Made by a program: the position numbers and the translations under genes. From Hydrolagus colliei (Eukaryota): a stretch of DNA of 64,000 nucleotides. Positions within the stretch are counted from its first letter, which is position 1, and the number at the start of each line of letters is the position of its first letter. Positions 63,331-64,000 of the stretch are shown piece by piece. The stretch spans positions 37,262,001 to 37,326,000 of the forward strand of contig CM068746.1 of assembly GCA_035084275.1 (NCBI GenBank), written 5' to 3'. The notes below the pieces were generated by a model. That model had not been told where the DNA came from. It ran no database searches and saw nothing but the letters and a program-made list of their open reading frames with translations.

Positions 63331-64000
63331 AAAGCATATTAGAGAAACCTGTTCCAGAGAAGAGATACATTTCAGAGAAAAAAGGACAAACCCAGGATTT
63401 GGGGTTTCAAGAGGCGGCTTTCAGATCAGAACATATCATTATGATAAGGGAGCGGGACAGGTAGGCAGTACTCTGTCTTACTAGGGTCCATATGGCCAAA
63501 TCCCTTTACAATTTGTCACTGTGGTAATTGTGGACTGTTTGCCAATTCAATCGTGATTTGGCAACTGGTCCTCAGTATATCTCAAAATAGGAACAGCTTC
63601 CAAAAGTTAAGAACTTTCCACAATTCTGTACACTGTTGAATTTTAAGACGATATTCCAAGGCACTGGACAGTTAAAAATTTGCATCGAAACTGGAGGTAT
63701 TTTTTTTTACTACAGGAGCAAGAGTCAAATCCCACTCTGCTGCTCACTTGCCACACTCTTTGATATTAATCTTTACTAAGCATCTATCTAATTCTCCTGT
63801 AAAACAATACCTGGCCACTTGAGTGAGCCTTTGGAGAGCATTTGGCACCGTGGAGATGTACTGCAGTACAGGTAAATAGGAATCAAATAATAACTTGCTT
63901 GTTATTGTTATTTGATTCCTATTGGCGTTTCAGAGCTCTTAACAGTGGTGAAGCCTGACTCCAAGCTGGGGAATAGCTTCAGCTAGGGAGGCAGAGCAGA

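Noticed and set aside
55974-64000. Next upstream ORC5 exon (YNPARTDKRFF-like)
   Set aside because: Not found; likely beyond the right edge.

Overview
Eukaryotic (vertebrate) genomic DNA, not prokaryotic. The repeat complement (tRNA-headed SINEs with L2-type tails, Deu-domain SINE relics, L2/CR1 LINEs, Penelope-like termini) suggests a cartilaginous fish, possibly a holocephalan (inference). Two host genes lie on the minus strand in the conserved vertebrate order ORC5 -> RELN. The last four coding exons of ORC5 are at 55926-55973, 47439-47549, 26904-27016 and 23799-23844; all have GT-AG boundaries and compatible phases. The first coding exon of reelin is at 15603-15831, and 1-15602 appears to be RELN intron 1 (I found no exon 2). 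The rest is intronic/intergenic DNA dense in transposable elements, including TA-flanked Tigger/pogo elements and two hAT elements with 8-bp target duplications, plus one assembly gap (17139-17330). Almost all ORFs in the supplied track are spurious. I see no evidence of a new protein-coding system. The most interesting signals are RNA-structural and mechanistic: a candidate minimal hammerhead ribozyme in a Penelope-like terminus, a composite insertion containing a copy of neighbouring DNA, a modular SINE family sharing a 3' stem-loop with a young L2, and DNA transposons carrying internal minisatellites. All alignments were made by eye and family names come from recall.
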